A DNA stretch of 64,000 nucleotides, from assembly GCA_963807965.1 (NCBI GenBank), contig CAWEDU010000007.1, positions 25,865-89,864 of the forward strand. The letters are read 5' to 3'. The notes beneath the pieces are model-generated. The model had not been told where the DNA came from. It was given only the letters and a program-made list of their open reading frames with translations, and searched no databases. This stretch comes from an uncultured Thermoplasmatales archaeon. Its GTDB lineage: Archaea > Thermoplasmatota > Penumbrarchaeia > Penumbrarchaeales > Penumbrarchaeaceae. Both the position numbers and the translations under genes were made by a program. Shown here piece by piece: positions 19,409 through 30,729 of the stretch (within the stretch, counting starts at the first letter, position 1; each line of letters begins with the position of its first letter).

Positions 19409-19433
19409 CTAAACATTGAAAAAAGGATCCTTA

Positions 19434-20084
19434 TTATTTATCTTGTTCTTCCTTATTGATCTCTTCCTCATCTCCTTCCTCCGTTACCTCCTCATTGTAC
19501 CCATCTAATGTCATTTTTGAGATCCGATCAAGGACACGTTCCTTTACATGGTCCTTGACCTTCTTCTTGGAGACGGAGGATATTCCGAAAACCTCTGAGA
19601 ATTTGTGAGTAGTTGTCAATATCTTGGTAGAGCCCTCCTTTCTGGTTCTGACCAGACCGAGAGCAATGAGTTCCTTCACATGGTCATATATCTTGGACCC
19701 GTACATCTCAACGAGTTCAGATTGTCTCATTGGCTGATGATATGCTATGAGAGCAGCTGTCTTTAGAAGTTTAGGATTCACTTCGGGTAATGCAAGAGCA
19801 GATATCCTATCCACATAAGGTTCCCTGATCCTGAGGGAATACTTCTTTCCAGCTTTAATTACCTCAAGTGAAGTGTCCCTTCTGGAATAGGATGATATCA
19901 GTTTCTTCAGGTAAAGTGAAACGAGGGATGCATCAATACCGGTAGAAATAGAGAGGTCATCGATAGAAACAGGTTTCCCCGCTGAAAAAAGAGCTGCTTC
20001 AATGAGAAGATGCGAGGGAAGTTCCTCCAATGGCCCCTTCTCATCAATTATTACTTGCGGATACTTCTCTTGTTCCCCCTCCAA
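19434..20084 (-). CDS. scpB: SMC-Scp complex subunit ScpB
   Basis: IEAALFSAGKP, TAALIAYHQP, TTHKFSEVFG; lies downstream of scpA and smc. Confidence 0.93.
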   Translation of the reverse strand: MEGEQEKYPQVIIDEKGPLEELPSHLLIEAALFSAGKPVSIDDLSISTGIDASLVSLYLKKLISSYSRRDTSLEVIKAGKKYSLRIREPYVDRISALALPEVNPKLLKTAALIAYHQPMRQSELVEMYGSKIYDHVKELIALGLVRTRKEGSTKILTTTHKFSEVFGISSVSKKKVKDHVKERVLDRISKMTLDGYNEEVTEEGDEEEINKEEQDK

Positions 20085-20096
20085 AATCCTACCTCC

Positions 20097-21117
20097 TCAG
20101 GTATTCCAGTTAGGTGGAATGGGTTTCTCTTCCACAATAAGCTCGAGAGATCTCTCCAACTTTGTCTCTCCATCAATAACCTTTTCCTCATTAAGATCGA
20201 GATCACCAAATCTTAGACCCTCTTTGTCCCTTCCAATATTCTTGACCATTATTTCTCCAACCGGAAAGGACCTCTGCCAAACCTTGATCATACTATTGTA
20301 AGCAAGGAAAAGGAGAGATATAAAAATGGAACTGCCATCAAGTTCAAATCCTTTTTCAATGGTAGACAATGGGATAGGATGACCATTGAACTTGTTGATC
20401 CTCTGCCAGGTTAGTCTAATCTCCTCTTCTGTGTTCTCCTTGAAAACCTTCTGGTTAATATTTGACCGGTTGGTTAGATCCTGCATCTTACGGTTTTCTA
20501 CTCTTCTTCTTCTATCCTCCTGAAGGACCTGGACCTCATCTTGGACGTCTTCAAGAGCGTTCAGTAGGTCCACCAGGGTTACCGGTCGATCTCCCTTGTG
20601 AATAATGGATTCGGCTATTGGTGAGTGTTTGTTTCCAAGGATCCCTCTTGTCACTTTGAAGGTCTCATCATCCTCCATCCAGTCATAGAATTGATCCTCA
20701 TCCATTTCCTCCTCTTGAGGGACCATCTCGGCTTTTTTAAGGGTGGTGGCGCTCTTCAACATGTGGACAGTATATGCCATTCTGATCAGCTTACCGATCA
20801 CGACCAGATTCAATCTATCCTCCTTTTCAAGTTTCTTGAGGAACATCCTGCAGAATCTTACAAGGTCAACATCCCAAGGGTCCATGTATTCTTCGGTTGC
20901 AAGTTCGAGGACCATTGCTATTGAACGTGAATAGGAGTCCTTTATAGTGACATGTACACCTTCCTTGAGCTGAGACATTACACCCAGATAGGTGTCAAGT
21001 CTCGAGGTACATATCCTCATTTGAATCATCGATCAATGACTTATGGAACATAAGGTGCCTGAAAACCTCTTCCTCGATATCCAAGGATAATTGTCTGGTA
21101 GCAGCTTCAGGGATCAT
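20097..21117 (-). CDS. scpA: Kleisin ScpA, with one +1 frame break near 21006
   Basis: ATG overlapping the smc stop gives MIPEAA...RHLMFHKSLIDD..EDMY and continues in the +1 frame as SRLDTY...MDPWDVDL...VTLVDLLNAL...FISLLFLA. Confidence 0.85.
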
Positions 21118-24100
21118 GCGGCTTCACCTTCCTGGGTAAGGCTTCCCTGATCAGCAGCGCTCCCTTTCTCATACTTCTCCACTTCCTTGAGGTCTACTCT
21201 TCCAAGGATCACAGATTCTCCGTTCTGGAGGGTAACCCCATAAAGGTGATGAGACTCTTTTAAACTTATCTTCCTCAAAGATATCATAACGAACTGAGCA
21301 AAGGTTGCATTATCCCTGATCATTTTAGCAATTATCTCCGCATTGACAGCATCGAGGTTCTGGTCCACCTCGTCAAGCAAATAGAAAGGTGAAGGGTCCC
21401 ATGCTTGAACGGAGAAAATAAAGGCCATAGAGGTAAGGGATTTCTCTCCACCTGAAAGAGCTCCAAGCCTTGTCATCTTCTTACCGGGGGGTTTGACATG
21501 TATGTTCAATCCCCCTGACAAAGGATCATCAGGATATTCCAGTTCGAAACATGCCTCTCCACCACCGGAAACAAGCTTGTATATCTCCCTGAAATTCTGA
21601 TCGACCCCTTTGAAAACATGGAGGAATTCGGACTTACGCTTGTCATTTATCTCATTGATAAGACCTTCAAGCTCCCTCTTCTCTTTCTCAAGGGCCTTGA
21701 CCTCTGTTGATACTTCCTCCTTTCTCCTTTCTATCTCATCATATTCCTCAAGGGCTTTCAGATTGACATTACCAACATTTTCTAAAATGGATTCAAGTTC
21801 CCTGACTGTCCTTTGAAGTTCCCTATCAGACGGCCATGGTCTTTCGGGAAGTGCAATATCCTTGTGGTTCTGAAGTTCCCTCAGAATGTCTGCCAGCTTC
21901 TCCTCGGCTATCCTGATATTGGTCCTCTGTGTAATTATGATCTGGTCTTGGGTCTGGGCCTCTGATCTTGATCTCTCCCTTAAACCAAGGATCCTCTCAA
22001 TATCACGTCCTAGCTGGTTCAACCTATCGTAAAATCCTTTTGTCTTTGCATCGATAGATGTAAGGACCTTTTCAAGGGCTTTGACCTCTGTGCTGTATCT
22101 TACCTCTTTTTCCATGGCTTCCTTCTTTTCCAGTTGGACCTTCTCCATGTTACCAGAGATCTCCGTCAGTCTTGAGGTCATATCCGTTGACCTCTCATGG
22201 AAGATCTTAATCTGGGTCCTGGAATCTTCTCTGGAGGTCTCCAATTTCTTGATATCCTCCTCAAGGTCGGTTGCAATGGCCCTGAGCTCTTTGATCTTAT
22301 CCCTCACAGCTTTTGGAGTTGCCCTATCCAATCTTTCCTGGAGGTCATCCCGCTCTCCAGTCTTCTTCGAGATAACAACATCCATCTCCCTGATACTGCC
22401 ATCGTGTTCCAAAACAGCATTCTCCAATCTTTTGACCTCTTTGCTGGTTTCATCAAGAATGGAAGATTTCTCCTCAATCTGTTCCTTTGACTGCTTCAAT
22501 ATCTCCGAATTCCTCTTCTTTCTGGATTCAATATCCATTTGATCGCCGGTGATCTTCCTAATCTCCTTCTCCAGGGTGTTAACTTTTTCCCTCACCTCGT
22601 TCAATGCACCAGTAAGGGATTCGGATTCCTGCATGCGTTCCTTTAATTTTGCCGAAACGGATTCAAGCTCGGATGCGGACCTTCTTCCAAAACCATCCGA
22701 TCCGCCCCTTCTCCGTGACATTGATCCACCTGTAATGTCCCCTCCTGAACCAGCGATCTCTCCATCTAGTGTTACTAACCTCACTCCCCCCATCAATCTT
22801 CTTAGAGAGTCTAGTTTATCAACGACAACAGTATCTCCAAAAGTCCAAAGGAAAGCTGAACGGTATTGTTCATCGAAATCTATAAGGTCCACGGCAAGAC
22901 CAAGAACATGTGGATCGTCCTTTATCATGAGAGATTTTGCTCCTGGTCGCCGGGTGGACAATTTTGAAAGCGGAAGAAAGGTAGCCCTTCCCATTTTCTT
23001 CCTTTTCAACCTCTCGATACATCTGGAGACGACCTCATCATCATCAACAACTATGGATGATATCCTTCCTCCTGCAGCAACCTCAAGAGCTGTAGAATAT
23101 TCCTGCGGAACATTTCCGAGTTCTCCTATGGTTCCAATAATGCCCCCTATCTCGCCCTTATCCCTGGCAGTCAGAATATCCTCAACTGCCATATTCACAC
23201 CTTTGGACAATTTCTCAGAGGTCTCCAGTTCCACCTTCATCTGTGTATATAACCTGTTGAGTGAAGTGATCTCCGATTCCAGTTCCCTCATTCTCTTCCC
23301 AAGGTGTTTCTCCTCGTTCCTTGCCTCCATATATTCCTTCTGAAGTCTCTTTACTCGATCTCCAGAGGACAACCTGTCCATTTCCTTCACCTGATCGATC
23401 ATGTCCTTTATCTCATAATCGAGTGTGGAGACCATCTGCTGGAGGTCAGCTATGGTGGTGTTCTTAGCTTCCAAAAGGGCATTCGCCTGTCCACGTTCTA
23501 TAACCCTCTCCGATCTCTCTTCCCTGAGGGATTCCAGTTCCTTTGAGATCTTTCCCAGGTCTCTCCTCATATCAAGGAGTGCCATATCCGATCTTTCGAG
23601 CTCGGTCTCCAGATCGTTCATCTCACCTTTTTTCTCAAGGACCTTACCATTAAGGTCCTTTAATGATGCCTCAGCCGACTCTTGTTCCTTCGTCAGGGCT
23701 GTTATCTTTTTTGAGATATCCTTTATCTCACCTTCACGTATCCCTTTCTCCCTTTCAAGATCGATCAATGCATCTTCAGCTGTCTCGACAACATCCTTCG
23801 CCCTCATCATCTCGAGTCTAGCTTCGTCCAGTTTCAATTTCAACCTTTGTCCTTCTTCTCCGGTGATGTCAGCTATCTTCTGTTCTACCTCTCTTGCTTC
23901 CTTCTCAGATTTGATCCTCTCGGACTCAAGACGGTCCAACTCTGCTCTGAGTTCGATTTTTCTATTCTCAGCATTTTTAATAGCTTTATTGTAACTATCC
24001 AGTTCCCCTTCGACAGCCTCTTTCTGCACTGAATAAAACAGAGCCTTACTCTGGTTGATCCTTTCCTGTGCTTCCCTGAACCTTTCCGCCTCCTCCTTTT

Positions 24101-24740
24101 CCTTCTTCAATTCCCTGAGCCTTCCTTTGATGAAGTCCAGATGCCATCCGATTTTTTCCATGTTGGATTCGGTCACCTCTTTTTTCTTCAGAGCAACCCT
24201 TATCTCCTCGTCATATTTTCTTATACCAGCGATATCGTCTATCTCTTCCCTGATCTTCACTGGGGTCTTGTTTATAAATTCAGAGATATGTCCTTGAAGG
24301 ACTATGTTGTACCCTTCAGCGGAAAGATGTGCATGGGTCAGAATATTTTCAAATTCTCCCTGAGATGATGGTTTATTATTGACATAGAAATAACTTAATG
24401 TGGAATCCGGATCGGTGGTAGAAATTCGTATGATCCTTTTCAATGATACCTCATCCCTATCTACTGGAATGGTCCTATCACAATTATCAAAAACCAAAGT
24501 GACCTTGCATTCCTTTGCGGATTTCCATTTATCATTTCCATGGAAAATGAGATCTGATAACCTCTTGGCCCTTACAGTCTTAGATGAACGAGGTCCGAGG
24601 ACGAAAAGTATGGCATCAGCAACATTTGACTTGCCAGAACCGTTTGGACCGGTAATTCCCGTAAATCCGTTATAGATCGGGATGGTGACCTTCTTTCTGA
24701 AGGTCTTGAAATTCTCCATCCTTATCTCTTTCAGATACAT
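21114..24740 (-). CDS. smc: Chromosome segregation ATPase SMC
   Basis: GPNGSGKSN, hinge GRATFLPL, LSGGEKS, LLDEVD and long coiled coils. Confidence 0.97.
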   Translation of the reverse strand: MYLKEIRMENFKTFRKKVTIPIYNGFTGITGPNGSGKSNVADAILFVLGPRSSKTVRAKRLSDLIFHGNDKWKSAKECKVTLVFDNCDRTIPVDRDEVSLKRIIRISTTDPDSTLSYFYVNNKPSSQGEFENILTHAHLSAEGYNIVLQGHISEFINKTPVKIREEIDDIAGIRKYDEEIRVALKKKEVTESNMEKIGWHLDFIKGRLRELKKEKEEAERFREAQERINQSKALFYSVQKEAVEGELDSYNKAIKNAENRKIELRAELDRLESERIKSEKEAREVEQKIADITGEEGQRLKLKLDEARLEMMRAKDVVETAEDALIDLEREKGIREGEIKDISKKITALTKEQESAEASLKDLNGKVLEKKGEMNDLETELERSDMALLDMRRDLGKISKELESLREERSERVIERGQANALLEAKNTTIADLQQMVSTLDYEIKDMIDQVKEMDRLSSGDRVKRLQKEYMEARNEEKHLGKRMRELESEITSLNRLYTQMKVELETSEKLSKGVNMAVEDILTARDKGEIGGIIGTIGELGNVPQEYSTALEVAAGGRISSIVVDDDEVVSRCIERLKRKKMGRATFLPLSKLSTRRPGAKSLMIKDDPHVLGLAVDLIDFDEQYRSAFLWTFGDTVVVDKLDSLRRLMGGVRLVTLDGEIAGSGGDITGGSMSRRRGGSDGFGRRSASELESVSAKLKERMQESESLTGALNEVREKVNTLEKEIRKITGDQMDIESRKKRNSEILKQSKEQIEEKSSILDETSKEVKRLENAVLEHDGSIREMDVVISKKTGERDDLQERLDRATPKAVRDKIKELRAIATDLEEDIKKLETSREDSRTQIKIFHERSTDMTSRLTEISGNMEKVQLEKKEAMEKEVRYSTEVKALEKVLTSIDAKTKGFYDRLNQLGRDIERILGLRERSRSEAQTQDQIIITQRTNIRIAEEKLADILRELQNHKDIALPERPWPSDRELQRTVRELESILENVGNVNLKALEEYDEIERRKEEVSTEVKALEKEKRELEGLINEINDKRKSEFLHVFKGVDQNFREIYKLVSGGGEACFELEYPDDPLSGGLNIHVKPPGKKMTRLGALSGGEKSLTSMAFIFSVQAWDPSPFYLLDEVDQNLDAVNAEIIAKMIRDNATFAQFVMISLRKISLKESHHLYGVTLQNGESVILGRVDLKEVEKYEKGSAADQGSLTQEGEAA

Positions 24741-24890
24741 CCGGCCACCTCGCTAATGTCAAATAGCTCTCAATACGTACCAACTATGGTCCTATCTGCA
24801 AGTGATCCCATCCCACTGTACAACATCTATAACCGCATCACGAATATATAAATAACTATGCCTTGGACCTGTTGAAAACTATCTAAAATA

Positions 24891-25844
24891 TCAGAAGTGG
24901 TTCCGTCTTTTTCTAAGGATAAGTATGAAGGCTGAAATCAGAATGATGAAGATAATGAAGGATATACCCATCATTATTTCGGAAATTCCTGGTCTGAATG
25001 GACCTGGTTCCGAGTGGGTCCTAACATGGAAAGTAAAGTCCCGAGGAGGAATTTCTCCCGGTTTTTCACTTTCCAATCTCATTACAAGATCACTTTCCTG
25101 TCCATCTCCTCCTGATTGTCTCATCCTCACCTTTATCAACTTTGTCTGGTAAGAGACTATATGGAAGCTCTCTTCTTCTATAACCACTTCCAATCCCAGA
25201 GGTATCTCACTCGCTTCCAATACTAGGTCAACTGCCATATTGCGATGATTGTAGACCTCGAAAACAACCGTTTCCCACTTTCCCACTTCCATTTCGATCT
25301 CTTCGTAGTTCATGACATTGGTCATGTCGATATATCCAAAAGGTGGGATGTAGATGACCGTAAGATAATGGTCTGGATAACCGCTTCCCTGCCCAGTCTG
25401 GTAGTACTCCCACCTAAGTTCAACATCGAGATCGATCCTGGTATCACCTATAAGATCGGTGAGGACCCAGATATTCATATCGAATTCCATTGTTGGGTCG
25501 TCCTTATTGAAATACAATTCCTCAATGTCTGAATTCTGTGCAAGGTTGGAAAAAAGAGATAAGGTCACCTGGCAAAGGACAGTTGGTGGCACTACGTCAG
25601 GAATGATGCATGTGACAGTTCCCAATATCGTTGTATCTCCGCCAGAGATGGGATCGGGGTCCAATTCATACTCATCCTGGCTGAAGGATAGAGTGACGTT
25701 TGGAGCCGGATACAACTGTTCTCCCGGAGCTCTAGTGTATTCAACCTCTCCGGGAACCTCCGTGACCTGTCCACTAATATGAGGGAGTGAGAAGAAAATA
25801 ATGGATACAAGAATCGTAATGAGAATTGATCTAAATCTTCCCAT
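24891..25844 (-). CDS. Secreted Ig-like membrane-anchored protein (paralog of 30730-31677)
   Basis: Signal peptide, beta-rich domains, C-terminal TM helix plus RKRR. Confidence 0.7.
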   Translation of the reverse strand: MGRFRSILITILVSIIFFSLPHISGQVTEVPGEVEYTRAPGEQLYPAPNVTLSFSQDEYELDPDPISGGDTTILGTVTCIIPDVVPPTVLCQVTLSLFSNLAQNSDIEELYFNKDDPTMEFDMNIWVLTDLIGDTRIDLDVELRWEYYQTGQGSGYPDHYLTVIYIPPFGYIDMTNVMNYEEIEMEVGKWETVVFEVYNHRNMAVDLVLEASEIPLGLEVVIEEESFHIVSYQTKLIKVRMRQSGGDGQESDLVMRLESEKPGEIPPRDFTFHVRTHSEPGPFRPGISEIMMGISFIIFIILISAFILILRKRRNHF

Positions 25845-25960
25845 ATCAGCATATTGGTTGGATAGGAGAAAACCTTTTCCGTGAAAAGACCAGTCTACCG
25901 ATAAACTTACAAGAAGTTGGTTCTTTCCATAGGTGAACAAATGGTTTATCTTCCAAAGGA

Positions 25961-26392
25961 GTGATCATTATCCCAGTAGAATACAGGCATGTTAAGGAAT
26001 GGGAGACATCAGAGATCATTGACCTATACAAGGCAGGATCATGGTGGAGGGATGATTATGATCCCACGGGCATAGGACCTCTGATAAGAGGTTCCTTTGA
26101 TTTTGTGATCGCTTATGACACGATTTTGAAAAAGGCTGTTGGGATGGGGAGGACAATCTCAGACGGTGTGAGCGATGCTTACATTCAAGACGTTGTGGTC
26201 TTCCAGGATAGGAGGGGGGAAGGTATAGGTAAAGGTATCATATCTGAACTTGTGAAACATGCCAGGGAATCCGGTCTGGCCTGGATCGGTCTTATCGCCG
26301 AAAGGGATACAATGGGTTTTTATGAACCGCTTGGATTCAGGACCTTTAAAGGTACACCCATGCTTCTTCGAAATGAGGGGGATGAGAAATGA
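25961..26392 (+). CDS. GNAT N-acetyltransferase
   Basis: GMGRTISDG, IQDVVV...RGEGIG, FYEPLGF. Confidence 0.9.
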   Translation: MIIIPVEYRHVKEWETSEIIDLYKAGSWWRDDYDPTGIGPLIRGSFDFVIAYDTILKKAVGMGRTISDGVSDAYIQDVVVFQDRRGEGIGKGIISELVKHARESGLAWIGLIAERDTMGFYEPLGFRTFKGTPMLLRNEGDEK

Positions 26393-27276
26393 GGTTGGAG
26401 GATTTCAAGAAGGTGGACTTAGAAGATGCGGATATGTTCAGGAGACACTATGAGAAGTATCCCTTGGAACATTCCGATTACATTCATTCGGATATGATGT
26501 CATGGTCACATTATATGGATTACCTGTATGCATGGATGGACGATAGCATCTTATTGATCACGGTAATGGAGGGTATAAAAAGGATTAGACCGCCAATAGG
26601 AGATCTTTCAAGGGAGAAGTTCTTGAAAGTAATGGACATGACAGGTTTGAAAGGGTTGGAACCTATTGTGTCAATGATAGGTCAGAGGACCTATGGTTGG
26701 ATGAAGGAGGAATTCCCCGGGCTTGAATACTTACCTCACAGAGATTTCTTCGAATACGTTTACAGCTCATCTGACCTGGCGGACCTTCCGGGTAAGAGAT
26801 ACCTCAAGATAAGGAACTATCTCAACAAGTTCCGTAGGGAAAATCATTACCAGGTTGAACAGATAGATGGTGGGAACATAGAGGAAGTGAAGGATTTTCT
26901 CAGAAGATGGTGTATGATGAAAGGATGTGAAGAAGAACCCTTCTTGCTTTCAGAAAGGCAGGCCAATATGTACTCTCTCGAGCATATGGAGGAACTTGGT
27001 GTCTCAGGTATAACTATACGTGTTGGAGAAAGGATCGAAGCTCTTTCCATCTTCGAGAGGATGACCGATGATACCGCATTGGTCCACTTCGAAAAGGCCA
27101 ATTTCGAGATCTTAGGATCATACCAGGCAATAAACAATGAAACAGCCATGATCTTGAAGGATAGATTCAAGTTCATCAACAGGGAAGCGGACATGGGAGT
27201 GGCAGGACTGAGAAAAGCAAAGGAAAAATACGGACCCCATCATATGTTGAAGGTCTTCGATGCAACCAAGTTCTAA
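26389..27276 (+). CDS. DUF2156 / aminoacyl-phosphatidylglycerol transferase C-terminal-like protein
   Basis: YVY...LADLPGKRY...RN..NKF, VHFEKA, INREADMGVAGLRKAK. Confidence 0.85.
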   Translation: MRLEDFKKVDLEDADMFRRHYEKYPLEHSDYIHSDMMSWSHYMDYLYAWMDDSILLITVMEGIKRIRPPIGDLSREKFLKVMDMTGLKGLEPIVSMIGQRTYGWMKEEFPGLEYLPHRDFFEYVYSSSDLADLPGKRYLKIRNYLNKFRRENHYQVEQIDGGNIEEVKDFLRRWCMMKGCEEEPFLLSERQANMYSLEHMEELGVSGITIRVGERIEALSIFERMTDDTALVHFEKANFEILGSYQAINNETAMILKDRFKFINREADMGVAGLRKAKEKYGPHHMLKVFDATKF

Positions 27277-30200
27277 TAGTTATCTTCAGAATTGTCCATA
27301 TTCATTCTTTTTGACTGTATAAGAACAAAAACAATGACTGATAAGGATACAAAGATGATCATCAATGGGATGATATAAAAGATCAAGGGGATTTCACTAC
27401 CTTCATCAGTCTGATCATCTTCGATATTATCTGGATATTCTGACCCTGTGGAAAGAACCCTCAAAAGGAGGACCTTTGAAATGGTTCTTCCTGATATATC
27501 CGACACTTCCAGTCTGAGATAGTATATTCCGGCATCGAAGGAATGGTTAAATGATCCCCTGTCCGAAAGGAATTTATCACCAATCCTCCAATAGAATAGA
27601 GGTTCAAATCCTTCGGGATCCATTGAGTTACTTGCATCGAATGTCACATTTTCTCCTTCCAGGAATGTGACCTCATCTGATCCACCGAATTCAGTTCCAT
27701 TCACTTTCAAGGATAATACAGGTGTTCTATCCATTACCATTACAACAGCTGTAACGGTGTTTGTCAAAATCCCATCTCCAACTTTGAGAGCGATTGTGTG
27801 CATCCCCTCTGGAAGTGCCAGCACATATTGAGCTTCATTTGAGATGGACACTCCGTCTATGGACCATTGGTATGTTAGAGACTTTCCCTCAGGATCATAA
27901 CTTCCAATAGATGAAAGCTTGATGGATTCGGTCACATTGAAACGCTGTCCGTTCTTTGGACTATGTATGATGGCAATTGGTTCAATATCTGTTTCGATCT
28001 CTTTCGGAATAACATTGAATTGGATGTAGGTCGATGAGGTCTCCTTACCATCCGAAATGATAAGGGTCAATCGATGGGTACCTGGGGAAAAGGTAAGAAT
28101 GTCATCCTTTGAATATGATACAATACCGTCCAGGTCATCCTCCCACAGGTAAGAAATTGGATCGTCTTCGAGGTCGTAGGTCCCCTCAGCAGATATCTGT
28201 ATCTTATCCTCTTCTTGATATGTAGACCAAGGAAGAGGACTTTCAATATATGGAATCGGGGGTGTATTTGGGTCCATGACGGAAAAGAAGATATTGTCAG
28301 TATCCTTTAGACCGTCCTGGTCCTCTACGGTCAAAGATAGATTATGATCCCCTGCCTGGAAGTTCCTATCGATGCCTTCACTTTCCGACAGTATGGACCT
28401 ATCATTCTCATCTCTCCACATATAAGTGAGGGGATCATCGTCCGGATCGGTGCTATTTTTTCCAGAAAGGTGTACGGTCATTCCAAACTCAAGTATCGCC
28501 CCGCTCTCCAGACCGTCAATGGAGGCGATCGGTGGTCGATTGGGCTGGATTATTCTTATGGATAACGTGTCCGTATCTATCAAACCGGAACCATTGAAAA
28601 TATGAAAATCAACAATATGGTCACCCAGTGGTAATGTCTTTGAAAAGGTTCTTTCTGTTGAAAGATATTCCGAGCTACCTCTCATTTTCCAGATATAGTA
28701 GATATCACCCTGATCGGGGATGGAGGGTTCAAGAATCCCTTCGAATTCCAGGATCTCTCCAATATCATAGGTGCCTTCCAGGGGGGATAGGATGGATGCC
28801 TTTGGATGTACAATTGACCTTGATACGTTCACCCTGACCGAAAAGAAGGTCCTGCTCAGAGGTCTTGCCATTCCTGGTATTACCATATGCCATTCCCTTG
28901 CATCAGAAAGGATGACGGACCCGTTGCCTCCTTTGGAGAGGTTCAATACTGCAGCTGGGAAGAATTCAGACCCCGTCCTGTATGCTTCCAGGTTCTCATC
29001 ATCTAAAAAATATATGTCAAGCCGGGTCCTATCAGGATACCCTTTCTCAATTGATGTGAAATATCCCCATGGGTCCCTGTGGAACCTTGTCCTCTGATCA
29101 ATATCCTCTGCCAGAACTTCAATCCTGAACCCGTACCCTGGTCCATCCTGGAGACCGGTCAGGTTCACTTTCAATGGCATTGAGGTATTCAGGGTAACGT
29201 TAAAAACATGATTCCCTCCGGGAGAGGTAGTTGGAAAAGCCAGAGGCAAATATGATGTTTCATTCAACCATCCCTCAATTGGAGAGAGAACTTGGACGAA
29301 GTAGGCGAAGTTCGAACCCACCTTAAAGCCAGCCTCACCATTGACATCTGTTGCATTTCCAAGAAGAGGTATGACGCCATAATAATTCGTTGAAGGTTGG
29401 GAAAGGACCTTGACCATGGCCCCATCCACCGGTATGCCATTCATATCTCTGACGACTACTGTAAGGTTGGTAGTGGGTGTATATAGATCGGTATTCGTGA
29501 AGAATGATTCATCAGGGTCCATGTTGGTCATTACAGTGACCGACCCTGGCATCCCCTCTGCCATGGGATCGTCGATCCGTTGACTGTAACCCTCCCACTG
29601 ATGCCAACCGCGTTCATAGAATTCATTCCAAGCATGCATCATATCAAAATTTATCGTAACCACAGTTGGAATAAGTGCGGTCTTTGCAGCTGCCACTAAG
29701 ACCTCTGCGTTCTCACCGCAAAGGCCCATGTGCTGTTTGTAAAGTGAAACCGGTTGATGATCTCTTCTCATTCCCTCCATGTAACCAAAGGACATGACCT
29801 GGGATTCCCATTGGGTCACTGCTCCAATTGCTCCGTTGTTGAGAGCCATGTTTTTAGTACCATTCCAAAGGGTGGACTCATTCAACAGTAGATCTCGAAG
29901 GACATGATAACCTGGATCGTCAGCTGTGTAGAGAAAATTCCTCCAGAAAAGCCCCATTGACGGATCGTTGGTCTTCTTAAAGGTAGTCAGATTGATGTAA
30001 GATGCCTCTTCCATCTCATTTCTAGGCATCATAAGGTATCTGTAGTAAATATCCTCAGGTAGTGTAACATTCCCTGATGGAGTTGAGTACACCACTGTCG
30101 AATGCTGTCCATCTGATCTGACAGTATCAGTAATGGATGCATAGGTGACCTCTTCTTCAACCTTGTACATCATTTCAATATTCTCTACTATCAGATCAAG

Positions 30201-30665
30201 TACCGTGAAGTATGAGTTCAAGCTATCAGGACTGGAATATGCCACATAGAAGGCGATCTCATCTATGTATCTGATGTCTATATCGGGATCTGTAAGCAGT
30301 GAAGTATACTTCCAGGTATTGTAAGAGTTGATGTCATGGAACTTCCAAGAAAGAGTCCTGTTCAACCATTGAGGAGACGCATCAATGGCAGCCTTGATCG
30401 TGTAATTATGAGAAAGATATGGATTGAATAAGGAGCTGTTCTTGACCATCTCACCGGTTTGGACATCCAGGTCAAGTACAAGATCGTTACTCTTGTTAAG
30501 ATATGTATTCCATTGTCCAGAGAAAGTATCGGCCCATTCAATATCAGCACCGTCATTTCTCAAAGGGATCGATGAGGCAATGGTTTTATTGATATCAATA
30601 TGTATCAACCCTTGAAGTAACAAGAACAAAACAATGAGCAGGATTTTACTTTTCAATTGTCTCAC
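27273..30665 (-). CDS. Secreted transglutaminase-like (Cys) domain protein with PKD/Ig repeats and C-terminal anchor
   Basis: GLCGEN...HAWNEF...WHQWE; repeated SxDPD/E..LTYxW; C-terminal TM helix. Confidence 0.8.
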   Translation of the reverse strand: MRQLKSKILLIVLFLLLQGLIHIDINKTIASSIPLRNDGADIEWADTFSGQWNTYLNKSNDLVLDLDVQTGEMVKNSSLFNPYLSHNYTIKAAIDASPQWLNRTLSWKFHDINSYNTWKYTSLLTDPDIDIRYIDEIAFYVAYSSPDSLNSYFTVLDLIVENIEMMYKVEEEVTYASITDTVRSDGQHSTVVYSTPSGNVTLPEDIYYRYLMMPRNEMEEASYINLTTFKKTNDPSMGLFWRNFLYTADDPGYHVLRDLLLNESTLWNGTKNMALNNGAIGAVTQWESQVMSFGYMEGMRRDHQPVSLYKQHMGLCGENAEVLVAAAKTALIPTVVTINFDMMHAWNEFYERGWHQWEGYSQRIDDPMAEGMPGSVTVMTNMDPDESFFTNTDLYTPTTNLTVVVRDMNGIPVDGAMVKVLSQPSTNYYGVIPLLGNATDVNGEAGFKVGSNFAYFVQVLSPIEGWLNETSYLPLAFPTTSPGGNHVFNVTLNTSMPLKVNLTGLQDGPGYGFRIEVLAEDIDQRTRFHRDPWGYFTSIEKGYPDRTRLDIYFLDDENLEAYRTGSEFFPAAVLNLSKGGNGSVILSDAREWHMVIPGMARPLSRTFFSVRVNVSRSIVHPKASILSPLEGTYDIGEILEFEGILEPSIPDQGDIYYIWKMRGSSEYLSTERTFSKTLPLGDHIVDFHIFNGSGLIDTDTLSIRIIQPNRPPIASIDGLESGAILEFGMTVHLSGKNSTDPDDDPLTYMWRDENDRSILSESEGIDRNFQAGDHNLSLTVEDQDGLKDTDNIFFSVMDPNTPPIPYIESPLPWSTYQEEDKIQISAEGTYDLEDDPISYLWEDDLDGIVSYSKDDILTFSPGTHRLTLIISDGKETSSTYIQFNVIPKEIETDIEPIAIIHSPKNGQRFNVTESIKLSSIGSYDPEGKSLTYQWSIDGVSISNEAQYVLALPEGMHTIALKVGDGILTNTVTAVVMVMDRTPVLSLKVNGTEFGGSDEVTFLEGENVTFDASNSMDPEGFEPLFYWRIGDKFLSDRGSFNHSFDAGIYYLRLEVSDISGRTISKVLLLRVLSTGSEYPDNIEDDQTDEGSEIPLIFYIIPLMIIFVSLSVIVFVLIQSKRMNMDNSEDNY

Positions 30666-30729
30666 CTGGACCGAATGCTATCTTGGAGTTCAGTCTTAAA
30701 TTGAATTGAGAGGGATTTTCAAAGTTTAT

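Noticed and set aside
21610-24675. Long Ser/Phe-rich antisense ORFs opposite smc and other charged proteins
   Set aside because: They are expected shadows of GAA/AAG-rich coding strands and carry no motifs.
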